Source of the DNA: Roseibacillus sp.
GTDB taxonomy: Bacteria; Verrucomicrobiota; Verrucomicrobiia; Verrucomicrobiales; Akkermansiaceae
DNA length: 64,000 nt
Reading direction: 5' to 3'
Assembly (NCBI GenBank): GCA_051251855.1
Contig: JBPOGI010000001.1
Coordinates: forward strand, 224,001-288,000
Under the pieces are notes generated by a model. That model was not told where the DNA came from. It saw only the letters and a list, made by a program, of their open reading frames with translations, and did not search any database. Shown here piece after piece: positions 1 through 9,292 of the stretch. Both the position numbers and the translations under genes were made by a program. Every line of letters starts with the position of its first letter. Position 1 is the first letter of the stretch.

Positions 1-997
1 CTTTATCAGCAAGCCGGAGCCATCAACATTGTGGTCGATTATACCTTCGATACAGGGAACTTTTTCGACACAACGGCAAAGAGGGATGTCATGGAGGCGG
101 CTGCAGCCCGCTTTAGTGCTATTATTAATAGTGAGTTAGCTCCTGTCTCGTCATCGGGAACCTCATCTGGAACTGGGGCTGGGTGGCGGGTTGGGTTTAG
201 CCATCCTGGTACTGGAGCTGATTTTCAGTTGAGCACGGCTGCAGACGCAGGCTCAGATCCGTTAACGGGAGCTGGTGCTGCTGCTGCTGGAGGATACGGC
301 TTTGCTGGTTTGAATGCGAACGAATGGATTCTTTTCGCAGGAGGGCGTAGCTTGGTGTCAGCAGGAGAGGGAGGAACGGGCACGGGAACCAATTTCACGA
401 GTGTCTTCAACGATGTCAACGGTCCTATGAATCGCGGTTTTGATGACAATACACCTGCCAATTCTGTGGGTGATCTACCTCGTTGGGGGGGGCGCCATCA
501 CTTTCGATACAGGGACGAATTGGCATTTTGGAGTCAATACATCTTCGGGTTCAGGCCAGGCTGATTTCTATACGGTGGCTATCCATGAGGTGGGGCATGC
601 ATTGGGTCTCTCCGCAGATTGGAATCAGTGGCAGAATGATGGCGCTGGATCCTATGTTGGTCTTGGAGCGGTCGATGCCTACAATGCCGACAATGGGACG
701 GCTCTGACTTCCTTAAATCTGGTCAGCTCCACGAATGATCACTTCGAAGACGGAATATACGATTCCAATATTTTTGAGCCTGGAAATCCGAACCTCGCCG
801 GAACCGTTGGTTTGGGGGTGGGTCAGGATTTACTCTTGGAGCCCGTTGCCAACTTTACTTCTAGTCAGCTCAGGTTCGAATTGACGAACGTCGATGTGGC
901 AGCCTTGGAGGATCTCGGTTGGAGTGTGATTCCAGAGCCTTCGATATTCGCTTTGGCTGGGCTTGGTCTAGCATTTGGTTTGAGGAGACGCCGGTAG
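1..997 (+). pseudogene. PEP-CTERM matrixin-like zinc metalloprotease, frameshifted at a G8 run (485-492); 5' end lies outside the window
   Basis: ORFs 31..564 and 440..997 join if one G is removed (PRWGGAITFD, matching APWGGAITFD in the downstream paralog). HEVGHALG zinc motif and IPEPS-TM-RRRR tail. Frame is open from position 1. Could be a sequencing error. Confidence 0.75.
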
Positions 998-1070
998 AGG
1001 TTTCGTTTCCGGCGGGAACGTTGATGCAAGAGAGATGGGAAGGGTGTTTGGTTTGAGAGAGCGCCGGTAG
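974..1070 (+). repeat. Imperfect 24-bp direct repeat of the PEP-CTERM gene 3' end
   Basis: 974-997 tttggtttgaggagacgccggtag vs 1047-1070 tttggtttgagagagcgccggtag (20/24 identical). Confidence 0.6.
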
Positions 1071-1207
1071 GTGAGATGTTGCCCTACGCAAGTTGGAGCC
1101 ACTGAAGGGGTGGGGTGTGTTCATTTCTTTGGCTACCCTACAACATAGTAAAATCTACAATTTAGCTTGCTCAATCATTCTTGAATTCTAAGGTCCCTGA
1201 ATTACCT

Positions 1208-2209
1208 ATGTATTTGTTTTTTAGGCAGTTGTTTTGTGTTCTCGGAAGTGTGGCTGTTCTGCCGGCGCAAAGTGGCTTCCATGTCGCTGTTGATTTTTCT
1301 CAAGATACCAATGACTTTTTTGGGGCCGGCAACCCGAGTGGATTGACTGGAGGGAATCAGGCAAGAGCTTCTCTCAATGCGGCTGCAAATTTCTTTTCTA
1401 CTTATTTAGCTGATGACTTCGACGCTATTACTCCAGTGGGAACAAATTCGTGGGATGCGCGGATTAACAATCCATCGGGCAGCGGAGTTTTGTCGTTGGG
1501 GAACATTAGTGTGGCTGCCAATACGGTGGTTATTTATGCTGGAGGACAATCTTTAGGTGGAGACTCTTTGGGTCAGGGCGGATCGGGCTTTTTCTCAGTG
1601 ACTGGTTTCAGTAGTTGGTTCGATACTGTTTTTCGACGTGGAGAGATGGGGGCAACCAGAACTTCGGAAAATCCCACTCAGCCTTGGGAGAGCGTGGCGG
1701 CAGATGAGTCTGCTCCGTGGGGTGGGGCCATCACTTTTGACTCGGACGGGATGGCGGATACATTAGGCAATTATAATTGGCATTTTGATCATACGGCATC
1801 TCCTGCTACTGGCGAAATTGACTTCTTCTCGGTGGCTTTGCATGAAATGGCGCACTCTCTAGGTTTTGGAACGGCAGATTCGTGGGGGGCGCATGTCGTT
1901 GGTAAGGTTTTTGAACGGCAGTTTGATGGCGAAGCTGCGACAGCGGCAAATGGTGGGGTGAATCCTGATTTAGAGACGAATATCGAACCTTCTAGTCACT
2001 GGATAGAGGGGATTGAGAGCGAAGTTTTTCTCACCGATATCATACAAGAGGCGGGTTTGGACCCCGTGATTTTTGGTGGCACTCGGTCTTTGCTCACCGA
2101 TTTAGATATGGCTGGTTTTAGTGATATGGGATGGACCGTCATCCCTGAGCCTTCTCTGGTTGCCTTGCTTGGGGTTGGTTTGGCATTCAGTTTGAGAAGA
2201 CGCCGATAG
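1208..2209 (+). CDS. PEP-CTERM matrixin-like zinc metalloprotease (tandem paralog)
   Basis: Signal peptide, HEMAHSLG motif, IPEPS-hydrophobic-RRRR C-terminus. ATG at 1208 preferred over TTG at 1181. Confidence 0.85.
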   Translation: MYLFFRQLFCVLGSVAVLPAQSGFHVAVDFSQDTNDFFGAGNPSGLTGGNQARASLNAAANFFSTYLADDFDAITPVGTNSWDARINNPSGSGVLSLGNISVAANTVVIYAGGQSLGGDSLGQGGSGFFSVTGFSSWFDTVFRRGEMGATRTSENPTQPWESVAADESAPWGGAITFDSDGMADTLGNYNWHFDHTASPATGEIDFFSVALHEMAHSLGFGTADSWGAHVVGKVFERQFDGEAATAANGGVNPDLETNIEPSSHWIEGIESEVFLTDIIQEAGLDPVIFGGTRSLLTDLDMAGFSDMGWTVIPEPSLVALLGVGLAFSLRRRR

Positions 2210-2225
2210 TGGTCTAGTCTCTGGC

Positions 2226-3095
2226 GTGAATGTTGGAGTAGTTGGCGCAAGCGGTTTGGTTGGTGGGGCGGTTCTTGCCGCGCTGAAGGAAGCGGGGCAT
2301 TCTTGGGTGGGATTTAGTCGCCGTCCAGAGGGACGGGCTGGAGACTGGCGCTCGCTGTCTGATGGTTTTTTGGGTTTGGACGCGATCGTGAATGTGGCCG
2401 GAGACGCGATCGACAAGCGTTGGAACGAGGAGAATAAAAAGCGATTTCATCAGAGCCGAGTTGGAGTGACTTCGGAAATCGTGAATGCCTTGGCTGCGAT
2501 GTCGAAAGAGGAACGGCCGGAAGTGCTCTTGAATGCTTCAGCGGTCGGGTTCTATGGAGATCAGGGAGATTTGATTTTGACGGAGGATTCCCCTCAGGGG
2601 GAAGGCTATTTGTCGGAGCTTTGTGGGGAGTGGGAGGCAGCCGCGATAAAGGGGGAGGAGGCGGGAGTGCGCGTTGTTTTGGGACGGATCGGAGTCGTTC
2701 TTGGAAAAGAGGCTTTGGCTTGGAAACGTATGAAACCGATTTTTCTTCTTGGGGGCGGCGGGAAGTTAGGGGCGGGAGAGCAGTTTTGGCCGGTGGTTCA
2801 TTTGGATGATGTTGCGGGTGGGATTGTCCATGCGCTGGAGGAGAAGTCGATTCGAGGTCCGCTCAATTTGGTGGGGACAACTACCGTTAAGAATGCTGAG
2901 TTTACGAAGACCTTGGGCTCTGTTCTGAATCGTCCTGCCATTTTGCCAGTCCCTGCTTTTGCTCTTAAGATCGTTTTTGGCGGCTTTGCGCAGGCTCTTT
3001 TGGCAAGTCATCGGGTAAAAGCGGGTGTGCTGGAGGAGACCGGCTATCGATTCAAGCATCCGGATTTGCGGGGGCTTTTGGATGCGATTAAGTGA
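2226..3095 (+). CDS. TIGR01777-family NAD(P)-dependent oxidoreductase/epimerase (YfcH-like)
   Basis: GASGLVG Rossmann motif, ASAVGFYG, LCGEWE, RIGVVLG, and a DUF1731-like RPAILPVP tail. Confidence 0.9.
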   Translation: MNVGVVGASGLVGGAVLAALKEAGHSWVGFSRRPEGRAGDWRSLSDGFLGLDAIVNVAGDAIDKRWNEENKKRFHQSRVGVTSEIVNALAAMSKEERPEVLLNASAVGFYGDQGDLILTEDSPQGEGYLSELCGEWEAAAIKGEEAGVRVVLGRIGVVLGKEALAWKRMKPIFLLGGGGKLGAGEQFWPVVHLDDVAGGIVHALEEKSIRGPLNLVGTTTVKNAEFTKTLGSVLNRPAILPVPAFALKIVFGGFAQALLASHRVKAGVLEETGYRFKHPDLRGLLDAIK

Positions 3096-3199
3096 GGAGT
3101 GAGGGCTGAGCTGATTCAGTTGTAGGTGCAGCTTGGGATTCGAGGCAAATGGCTGGGAGTAGGCTTGGCAAACCCTGTTTCCCCATTAGCCTCCGCTTG

Positions 3200-3586
3200 G
3201 TGGAAGGAGAATGGCAGCAATTAGAGGGACTCTCGGTCGAGGTGAGTGAGGTGCTTTACGTGCCTACCTTGGAGGCTCCTGAGGATAAGCCTCATCCTTT
3301 TGTCTACTTTGTGAACGTTATTAACGACTCTACGGAGCAAGTCACTTTGCACGGTCGCAAGTGGATGATTCGAGAGCACAGTGGGGAGATGACCGTTCTC
3401 GAGGGAGATGGCATTGTGGGGCAACGGCCAGAAATCGCACCAAAGGATCGCTATTCCTACAACAGCTATCATGTTCTTGCTGGCAGTGGGGCTGCTTGGG
3501 GGGCTTTTTATGGTGTTACCGAGTCAGGTACCAGGGTGATGGTTGCTATCCCTGAGTTTGGGATGGCTGTGCCAGGATGGGTTTAA
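3200..3586 (+). CDS. apaG: ApaG domain protein
   Basis: FVYFVNVIN, RKWMI, GDGIVGQRP, YSYNSY motifs. Start uncertain (3149 ATG or 3200 GTG). Confidence 0.85.
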   Translation: MEGEWQQLEGLSVEVSEVLYVPTLEAPEDKPHPFVYFVNVINDSTEQVTLHGRKWMIREHSGEMTVLEGDGIVGQRPEIAPKDRYSYNSYHVLAGSGAAWGAFYGVTESGTRVMVAIPEFGMAVPGWV

Positions 3587-3626
3587 GGGCGAGGGCGGGC
3601 GAGTAGCGCTTTCGACAGTTGCGACC

Positions 3627-5732
3627 TTACTCTGCCTCTAAGAGTTTTTCAGCAAGCTTGGCGACGGTTTCGAGTTCGAGGATGAAGTAGTGGGGATCCC
3701 CTTCGATTTGACCGTAGTAGAATGGGTTCGAACCTTGGCGGCTGGCCCCGGCGAGGCGGAGAGTTTGGGTTTCGATAGGAGCGCTCTCGTTGTCAGGTCG
3801 CTGGAAGAGAGCGGTCAGCTTGAAGATGGGACTTTGCAGCGCCTGCTGGGCGGGAGGGTTGTCGGGGCCGAGCCAACGGTCAGCTGAGAGAGCTTCGAGA
3901 TTCTCTAGGTATCGGTTGGCGCGGTTCTCATTGAGGAGGGCAGTCACGTCAGCGTTGCCTTGGCGAGCAGACCAGGTTTGAGCAAGGTCGCTGTAGTCGA
4001 GCGTGAGGGGAGGTTCGTTGCCACGTTCGATGAGAAGAAGGTTGAGATCGACGATGTTAAAGTTCCAGACACGAGCATCACGCCAGAGATAGGGGCGAGC
4101 CGCGATCCGATAGTAGACGGCCGAATCGATCTGCATGACGGTGCGGGATTCGTTGCGACGGAAGAAAAATTGAGGCACTCCTTCGGAGCTAATTTTCTCA
4201 CCAAAGAAGATGTTTTCTTGGGTCCCGTCAAAGAGCTCTAAGGTGAGGGTGAGCGCGGGAGAGTCGAGTCCATACTGAGAGAGCGAATCGACAGCATCGG
4301 AGACCGTCGCGGTTGCTTTCTCTTCGGTTAGGATTTTCTTTACGGTGAAGAAGGTGAGCTCATTCGCGGGGCTGGTTTTGCCGGCATAGGTTCTTTGAAT
4401 ACGCCAATCGCCCGAGATGGGGCTTTTCCCAATTTCAATGTCCAGAGGGGTGTCCAAGTCAGGGGATTGAATTTGGAGCTTTTTTAATTGGCGAAGATCG
4501 AGTCCGGACAGGCTAGCTCCGCGCAGGCGCTCGATGGTGAGGGGGAGTTCATCCAAGCCCACGACCCGATTGGTCGCTGTCTTGATGGCGGTGTTTTCAG
4601 TTTCGTCGAGAGCGCCATCGTTGTTCTTGTCGAAGCGGGCGAGGAGGGCTGCCTGGGTTTCCTCGGGGTTGAGTGTTCCGTCCTTATCTGAATCAAAGCT
4701 CTTTAAGGATTCGACTTTGAAGGCGCTGAGGGAGCTTCGGGGAATCTGGAAGGCAATGTTCTTACGCCAATCGTCGAGTCGGCCCAAATAGGCATTGGTC
4801 TCGTTCTTTTGTGATTCGGTCAGTGAGAGGGTGATGGGCGTTTCTTGGATCATTCCATCAAGCCCGAAAAAACGAAGGGCTAATTGGAGTGCAGGCTCGC
4901 TGGCGGGAGGGGCAGGTTTGTTGTCGGCCTTCAAAGCCGTCAAATTGTAGAGGCCTCCGATGAGTTCTGCTGCCGCTACAGGATCGGCATCAAGCTTGAA
5001 GGGTTTCTCGATACGCCAAGTAGCCGCCGGAGTCTCGCGGGCGAGAACCAAGTTGCCATTGGGGCGCATAATGCTGATTTCGGCCAGTAATTCAGGAGGG
5101 AAAAAGAAGGGGCGTAAGTCACGGTGCTCCCCAAAGCCATTGAGGAGGATATCTTCCAAGTAGGGTGAGGAGCAGAGGTAGATGTGCTTACTGTCGCGAA
5201 GGCGGAGGTAAACCGAGGGCCAGTCTTGAGCCTTGCTGTAAGGATCAGGGGCGGGGGTGTGGCGGTGCCAAGCTCCTTTTTTACCCACAGAAAAATCGGC
5301 GATGGATTTTCCGGAACCATCCTTAAATTGCAGATGGGCGCGTGCAGGAGAGAGGCCTACTGCTTTGAGATTCTGGTCGGTGGCGGGAAGGCTTTCGAGA
5401 ATGGTCAGATCAGCGGAGAAAGCGAGGAGGGCTTCGAGGACTCGGTAGTCTGCTCGGTCAGGTGTAGTTTCCTGATTGAGGAGCCATTGCCCTTGTCGTT
5501 CTTCGTAGCGTTGGGGTTTCCCTAGGGAATCGATTGCGATCTTGCGGACTTCGCTGGGATGAAAGTTGAAAAGGCGTTGACCCGACGAAGTGGGAGGTTC
5601 TCCAAAGAGTGCGGAAAGGTTCTTCTGTGTGAGATGCAAGAAAGCCATTGCACCGGTGGTCAGAGCCAGTACTGCGAGGGCAATGGAGAAAAGTTTGGAC
5701 CGCATCTGACGGGGAGGTTGCTCCCTCCGCAT
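3627..5732 (-). CDS. DUF4340-like membrane-anchored protein with a paired EF-hand-like insertion
   Basis: N-terminal TM helix, repeated GLxP motifs (AVGLSPA, YGLDSPA), two DxDxDG-type loops. Confidence 0.7.
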   Translation of the reverse strand: MRREQPPRQMRSKLFSIALAVLALTTGAMAFLHLTQKNLSALFGEPPTSSGQRLFNFHPSEVRKIAIDSLGKPQRYEERQGQWLLNQETTPDRADYRVLEALLAFSADLTILESLPATDQNLKAVGLSPARAHLQFKDGSGKSIADFSVGKKGAWHRHTPAPDPYSKAQDWPSVYLRLRDSKHIYLCSSPYLEDILLNGFGEHRDLRPFFFPPELLAEISIMRPNGNLVLARETPAATWRIEKPFKLDADPVAAAELIGGLYNLTALKADNKPAPPASEPALQLALRFFGLDGMIQETPITLSLTESQKNETNAYLGRLDDWRKNIAFQIPRSSLSAFKVESLKSFDSDKDGTLNPEETQAALLARFDKNNDGALDETENTAIKTATNRVVGLDELPLTIERLRGASLSGLDLRQLKKLQIQSPDLDTPLDIEIGKSPISGDWRIQRTYAGKTSPANELTFFTVKKILTEEKATATVSDAVDSLSQYGLDSPALTLTLELFDGTQENIFFGEKISSEGVPQFFFRRNESRTVMQIDSAVYYRIAARPYLWRDARVWNFNIVDLNLLLIERGNEPPLTLDYSDLAQTWSARQGNADVTALLNENRANRYLENLEALSADRWLGPDNPPAQQALQSPIFKLTALFQRPDNESAPIETQTLRLAGASRQGSNPFYYGQIEGDPHYFILELETVAKLAEKLLEAE

Positions 5733-5767
5733 GGGCGGAGCAACCGGATTTTCACAAGGAAGAGAAA

Positions 5768-6373
5768 TTAGTCGGCCAGCTTGATAACCAAAGTGCGATT
5801 AGCGACAGAGATATCTTCCACGCCAGCCAGAGAGGAACCATTTGGCGAGATGAGGTTGCCAAGGAGGTTTTGACCTTTCATTTCACCGATCCAAGCATTG
5901 GGGAGAGAAATGCCCCAAACGGTCAGATCCTCCAGAATGAGAGCTGGTGACCCCGCTTGGTCTTTTACGATAAAGCGGGCCTTACCTTTGAGTTTTTTCC
6001 CAGCCATGAAAGGGAAGTCCTCTGGGATATCAGCACTGATACGGGCGTGAACCGCATCTTTGGCAAGCTCCAGCTTGATTTTGTCGCCGAAAGAAGTGTT
6101 TTCGTGGATGAGTCCATTGAGTTCGCGCTCGGTGAGGACGATTTCTTTTTCTCCTGGAACGTACTCTGGGTCGGTCGGGGTTTGTTCGACTGCGGCGAGC
6201 TTTTGCTCAAGTTGAGACTTTTCGGGTTGGGTGAGGATCGTTGCCTGAATGGGACGATTGGCCCACCAAAGGGCTGCACCCGCAATCACCGCACCTAAGC
6301 CGAGGATGGCAAGGATGATGAGAGGGACGCGCAAACGGCGGGCGCGGGGAAGGGTATTTGAGGAATGGGTCAT
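5768..6373 (-). CDS. Hypothetical single-TM protein
   Basis: 201-aa ORF with N-terminal hydrophobic helix, same strand as and close to the DUF4340 gene. Confidence 0.75.
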   Translation of the reverse strand: MTHSSNTLPRARRLRVPLIILAILGLGAVIAGAALWWANRPIQATILTQPEKSQLEQKLAAVEQTPTDPEYVPGEKEIVLTERELNGLIHENTSFGDKIKLELAKDAVHARISADIPEDFPFMAGKKLKGKARFIVKDQAGSPALILEDLTVWGISLPNAWIGEMKGQNLLGNLISPNGSSLAGVEDISVANRTLVIKLAD

Positions 6374-6596
6374 GATGATGTTCTATTTAAGTTACTCCTA
6401 TAGCGGCGGCAAGAGAGGGTTTATTCGGAGAATGGATGAGAAAGAAGGACATCTTTTATAATCGTGGATGGTAGGATTGGGGAAGAATGCCGAAAAATCT
6501 GCCCTGTGTATTTGACAGGGCGGTCGTTATTTTAGTTAACTTTGTAGACGATATTGAGCGTAGGGCCCTTTAAGCCCGAAAATCACACATCAAACT

Positions 6597-7259
6597 ATGA
6601 GCGACGAGGCACCAAAACCACCAAAGCCGATGACCAAAACTTCGGCTGTTCCCTTGAAGAAAGAAACTGTGAGGGTCACCCTGAAAGCTGATGATGCCCC
6701 TGCAGCGGCACCCAAGCCTCCTGGTGCACCAGTCGCTCCTTCAGCACCGATGGCACCGAAGCCTCCAACAGCTTCCGCTCCTGCTGCCCCCGCTCCACCA
6801 GCGGCATCGGCTCCTGCAGGACCGCCTAAACCCTCTGCTCCGGCACCTGCTCCTACTGTTGCTCTCAAGACGGCTGGCGGAACTGCAACTGGTGGCGGCG
6901 CTCCGGCACCAGCTCCAACTGTGCCCCTTAAGTTGGGTGGTGCGGCTCCCGCATCGACTCCTTTGAAGACCCAGCCTCTGACCACTCCTGGTGCGACGGC
7001 ACAGCTTCCGAAGGCAACTGTGCCACTCGGCGGCACTCAGCAGTTGGGTCAACCAACTGGTTTACAAACGACCGCTGGCACTATCGGTGGATTCGACGAC
7101 GAGGAAGAAGAGGGAAGCTCGACAATAACGTCGGTGCTCGCGATTCTTGCTTTGGTAGTTGCTGTTGGCGCTTTGGCCTTTCAAGTCATGACTGCCAAGA
7201 CTTGGGTTGATACCACCGAACCCGAGCCCCGCGAATGGGCTCAGTATTTTGAACTCTAA
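6597..7259 (+). CDS. Pro/Ala-rich protein with C-terminal TM anchor
   Basis: KKETVRVTLK segment, low-complexity PA linker, acidic DDEEEE stretch, then TM helix. Confidence 0.8.
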   Translation: MSDEAPKPPKPMTKTSAVPLKKETVRVTLKADDAPAAAPKPPGAPVAPSAPMAPKPPTASAPAAPAPPAASAPAGPPKPSAPAPAPTVALKTAGGTATGGGAPAPAPTVPLKLGGAAPASTPLKTQPLTTPGATAQLPKATVPLGGTQQLGQPTGLQTTAGTIGGFDDEEEEGSSTITSVLAILALVVAVGALAFQVMTAKTWVDTTEPEPREWAQYFEL

Positions 7260-7271
7260 TCAGATTTAACG

Positions 7272-7343
7272 ATGCCTGTAGCTATCATTACCACTGTCCT
7301 CGCACTCGCCGCCGCTGCCCTTGCCTATTTGGCTTCGGTTTAA
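7272..7343 (+). CDS. Putative 23-aa hydrophobic small protein MPVAIITTVLALAAAALAYLASV
   Basis: ATG 7272 to TAA 7343, single TM-like helix, between the upstream stop and a terminator hairpin. Confidence 0.4.
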   Translation: MPVAIITTVLALAAAALAYLASV

Positions 7344-7382
7344 GCTTTCGAGTTCGAATCTTATATTTCCTTTTCTAAGAAC

Positions 7383-7409
7383 AAGGGCGGCGCTTGACGC
7401 CGCCTTTTT
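7383..7409 (+). terminator. Rho-independent terminator
   Basis: aagggcggcg-cttga-cgccgccttt hairpin with T run. Confidence 0.7.
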
Positions 7410-7427
7410 GGTGTCCATAGTTTGGGT

Positions 7428-7748
7428 ATGGCATTGCAATTCACGAACGATAATTTCCAGTCTGAAGTCCTCGAATCCACCGTCCCAGTCTTGGTTGACT
7501 TCTGGGCGGAGTGGTGTGGCCCCTGCAAAAGCGTAGCCCCTCTCATTGATGCGGTTGCCGGTGAAGTCGAGGGAGTCGCCAAGGTGGGTAAGGTCAATAT
7601 TGATGAGGCGGGAGAGCTGGCTCAGAAGTATGGTGTGCAATCGATTCCTACTTTCTTGTTCTTCAAAGACGGTGAAGTGAAGGATACCATCGTCGGTGCT
7701 CGTATCACCCAAGATAGTTTGCGCGAGCAGCTTGAAGCTTTGGCTTAA
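7428..7748 (+). CDS. trxA: Thioredoxin
   Basis: [13 protein letters not shown] active site and SIPT motif. Confidence 0.97.
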   Translation: MALQFTNDNFQSEVLESTVPVLVDFWAEWCGPCKSVAPLIDAVAGEVEGVAKVGKVNIDEAGELAQKYGVQSIPTFLFFKDGEVKDTIVGARITQDSLREQLEALA

Positions 7749-7789
7749 GCTGAAAACAAGAACGTCGGCTTCAGCCGTCGAAGATTTTC

Positions 7790-7818
7790 AAACGTCGGTT
7801 TTTGACCGGCGTTTTTTT
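7790..7818 (+). terminator. Rho-independent terminator after trxA
   Basis: aaacgtcggt-ttttg-accggcgttt hairpin ending in a T7 run. Confidence 0.7.
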
Positions 7819-8053
7819 GTGTGAGCGATTCGTCGAAGTCGAGTTGGTAGCAGCTCGGGCTTCGAATATGGAGGGTTGGTCAGGTCAACCTGCTTTGTGA
7901 CTGATACCATTCTCACGGTTAGATTGATGTAATGGCTTGTGTTTTGGCTCGAAAAATTGAGCTTCGCGGCAGGCAAGAAGGTCGGAGTGAGGTTTCCCAA
8001 AATCAGCGTTGCTACTCAGTCAGAGTGCGTGATTTTTTTCGGAGCTGCTCTTC

Positions 8054-9247
8054 TTAGACCTCGATCACGTCGTCTTCAGGGGAATCGGGAGCGGGGAGCA
8101 TGCGGGCTCGTTTGTTGGAGCGGGGGAAGTGAAGGGTGACTTTGGTGCCATGGGCTTCGTCAGATTGGATTTCGATTTCGCCGCCGTGTTCGCGGAGGAT
8201 ACGGCGGACGATGAGGAGGCCAAGGCCGGTGCCGCCCGCTTTGGTGGTGGAATAAGGTTCAAAGAGGGAGCCGAGGACTTCGGGGGAGATGCCGGCACCG
8301 GAGTCATCGATGCGGACGAGGATTTCGTGCTCGTTGAGGGTGCTACCGATGGTGACTTCGCCTCCGGAGGCGGGGACGGCTTGATAGGCGTTCTTGATGA
8401 GGTTGAAGAGGGCTTGCCGAATTTGGTCAGGGTCGAGGGGAAGCTCGGGGAGGTCTTCGTTGAGTTGGAGGTTAATCTGGATGTCGCGAGAAACGAGCTC
8501 GGGCTCAAGGGTCTTGAGGGTGTCGCGAATGAGGTCGTTGATTTGGGTGGGCTGCACGACGGCGCGCGAAGGGCGGATGGCGTGGAGAAACTCTTGCAGG
8601 AGGCTATCGAGGCGGCTGATTTCGGACCGAGCGGTGGTGAGATGCTCGAGAAGGGGTTCGCTGTCGCCGGGGGGGAGCTTTTTGATTTTTCGCTCCAGGA
8701 GTTGGAGATGAATGCCGAGGGAGTTGAGGGGGTTACCGATCTCGTGCGCGACTCCGGCAGCGAGCAGGGTGAGAGCGTTGAGCTTTTCGGATTCGAGATT
8801 TTCCTCGGAGGTGCGGCGGGCTTCGGTGAGGTCGCGCACGAGCATGACGGTGCCGAGGTGGCGAGGGGTGCCTTCAACGTCTTCGACGATGGGTGAGAGA
8901 TAGAAGTTGAGGAAGCGGTGCTCGGGGTAGAAGACTTCGAGGTCGCGCGAGACGGCGGTGGGATTTTTACCGCCAGAGAGAGCGTCCCAGTCGAGTCCGC
9001 GCACGAGCTTGGAGATGGGTTGGCCGGCGGCAGTTTCGGCATCGAGACCAAAGAGGCGGGCGGCGGCGGAGTTGAGAAAGGTGACTTGGCCGTCGGGAGC
9101 GAGGATGAGGACGCCTTCGCGCAGGGCCTCGAAGACAGACTCGAGGAAGCCTTTGTCACGCAGGAGGCGGTCGACGAGGGTCTGAACCTGCTTGGGAGAT
9201 AAGCGGTCGAGTCGGGAGAGAAGTTTGTCGATGAAGGAAGACTTCAT
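8054..9247 (-). CDS. PAS-domain sensor histidine kinase (NtrB-like)
   Basis: PAS region, H-box AHEIGNPL, N-box NLIKNA, DSGAGI and GTGLGL G-boxes. Confidence 0.92.
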   Translation of the reverse strand: MKSSFIDKLLSRLDRLSPKQVQTLVDRLLRDKGFLESVFEALREGVLILAPDGQVTFLNSAAARLFGLDAETAAGQPISKLVRGLDWDALSGGKNPTAVSRDLEVFYPEHRFLNFYLSPIVEDVEGTPRHLGTVMLVRDLTEARRTSEENLESEKLNALTLLAAGVAHEIGNPLNSLGIHLQLLERKIKKLPPGDSEPLLEHLTTARSEISRLDSLLQEFLHAIRPSRAVVQPTQINDLIRDTLKTLEPELVSRDIQINLQLNEDLPELPLDPDQIRQALFNLIKNAYQAVPASGGEVTIGSTLNEHEILVRIDDSGAGISPEVLGSLFEPYSTTKAGGTGLGLLIVRRILREHGGEIEIQSDEAHGTKVTLHFPRSNKRARMLPAPDSPEDDVIEV

Positions 9248-9292
9248 GGTGAGTGCCCGTGTTGAGGGGAGGAGCTTGAGCTCCGGTGAGGC

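Noticed and set aside
6700..6960. Repetitive gcaccg/gctcct DNA suggesting an array
   Set aside because: Explained by Pro/Ala low-complexity coding; no repeat-spacer periodicity, so not CRISPR.
7820..8050. 230-bp gap between trxA and the kinase as a possible ncRNA
   Set aside because: No recognisable tmRNA, RNase P, SRP, 6S or riboswitch motif by eye; a covariance-model search would be needed.
8065..9159. 364-aa alternative-frame ORF and 255-aa antisense ORF over the kinase
   Set aside because: Ser/Pro-rich shadow frames caused by codon bias; the real frame has all kinase motifs.
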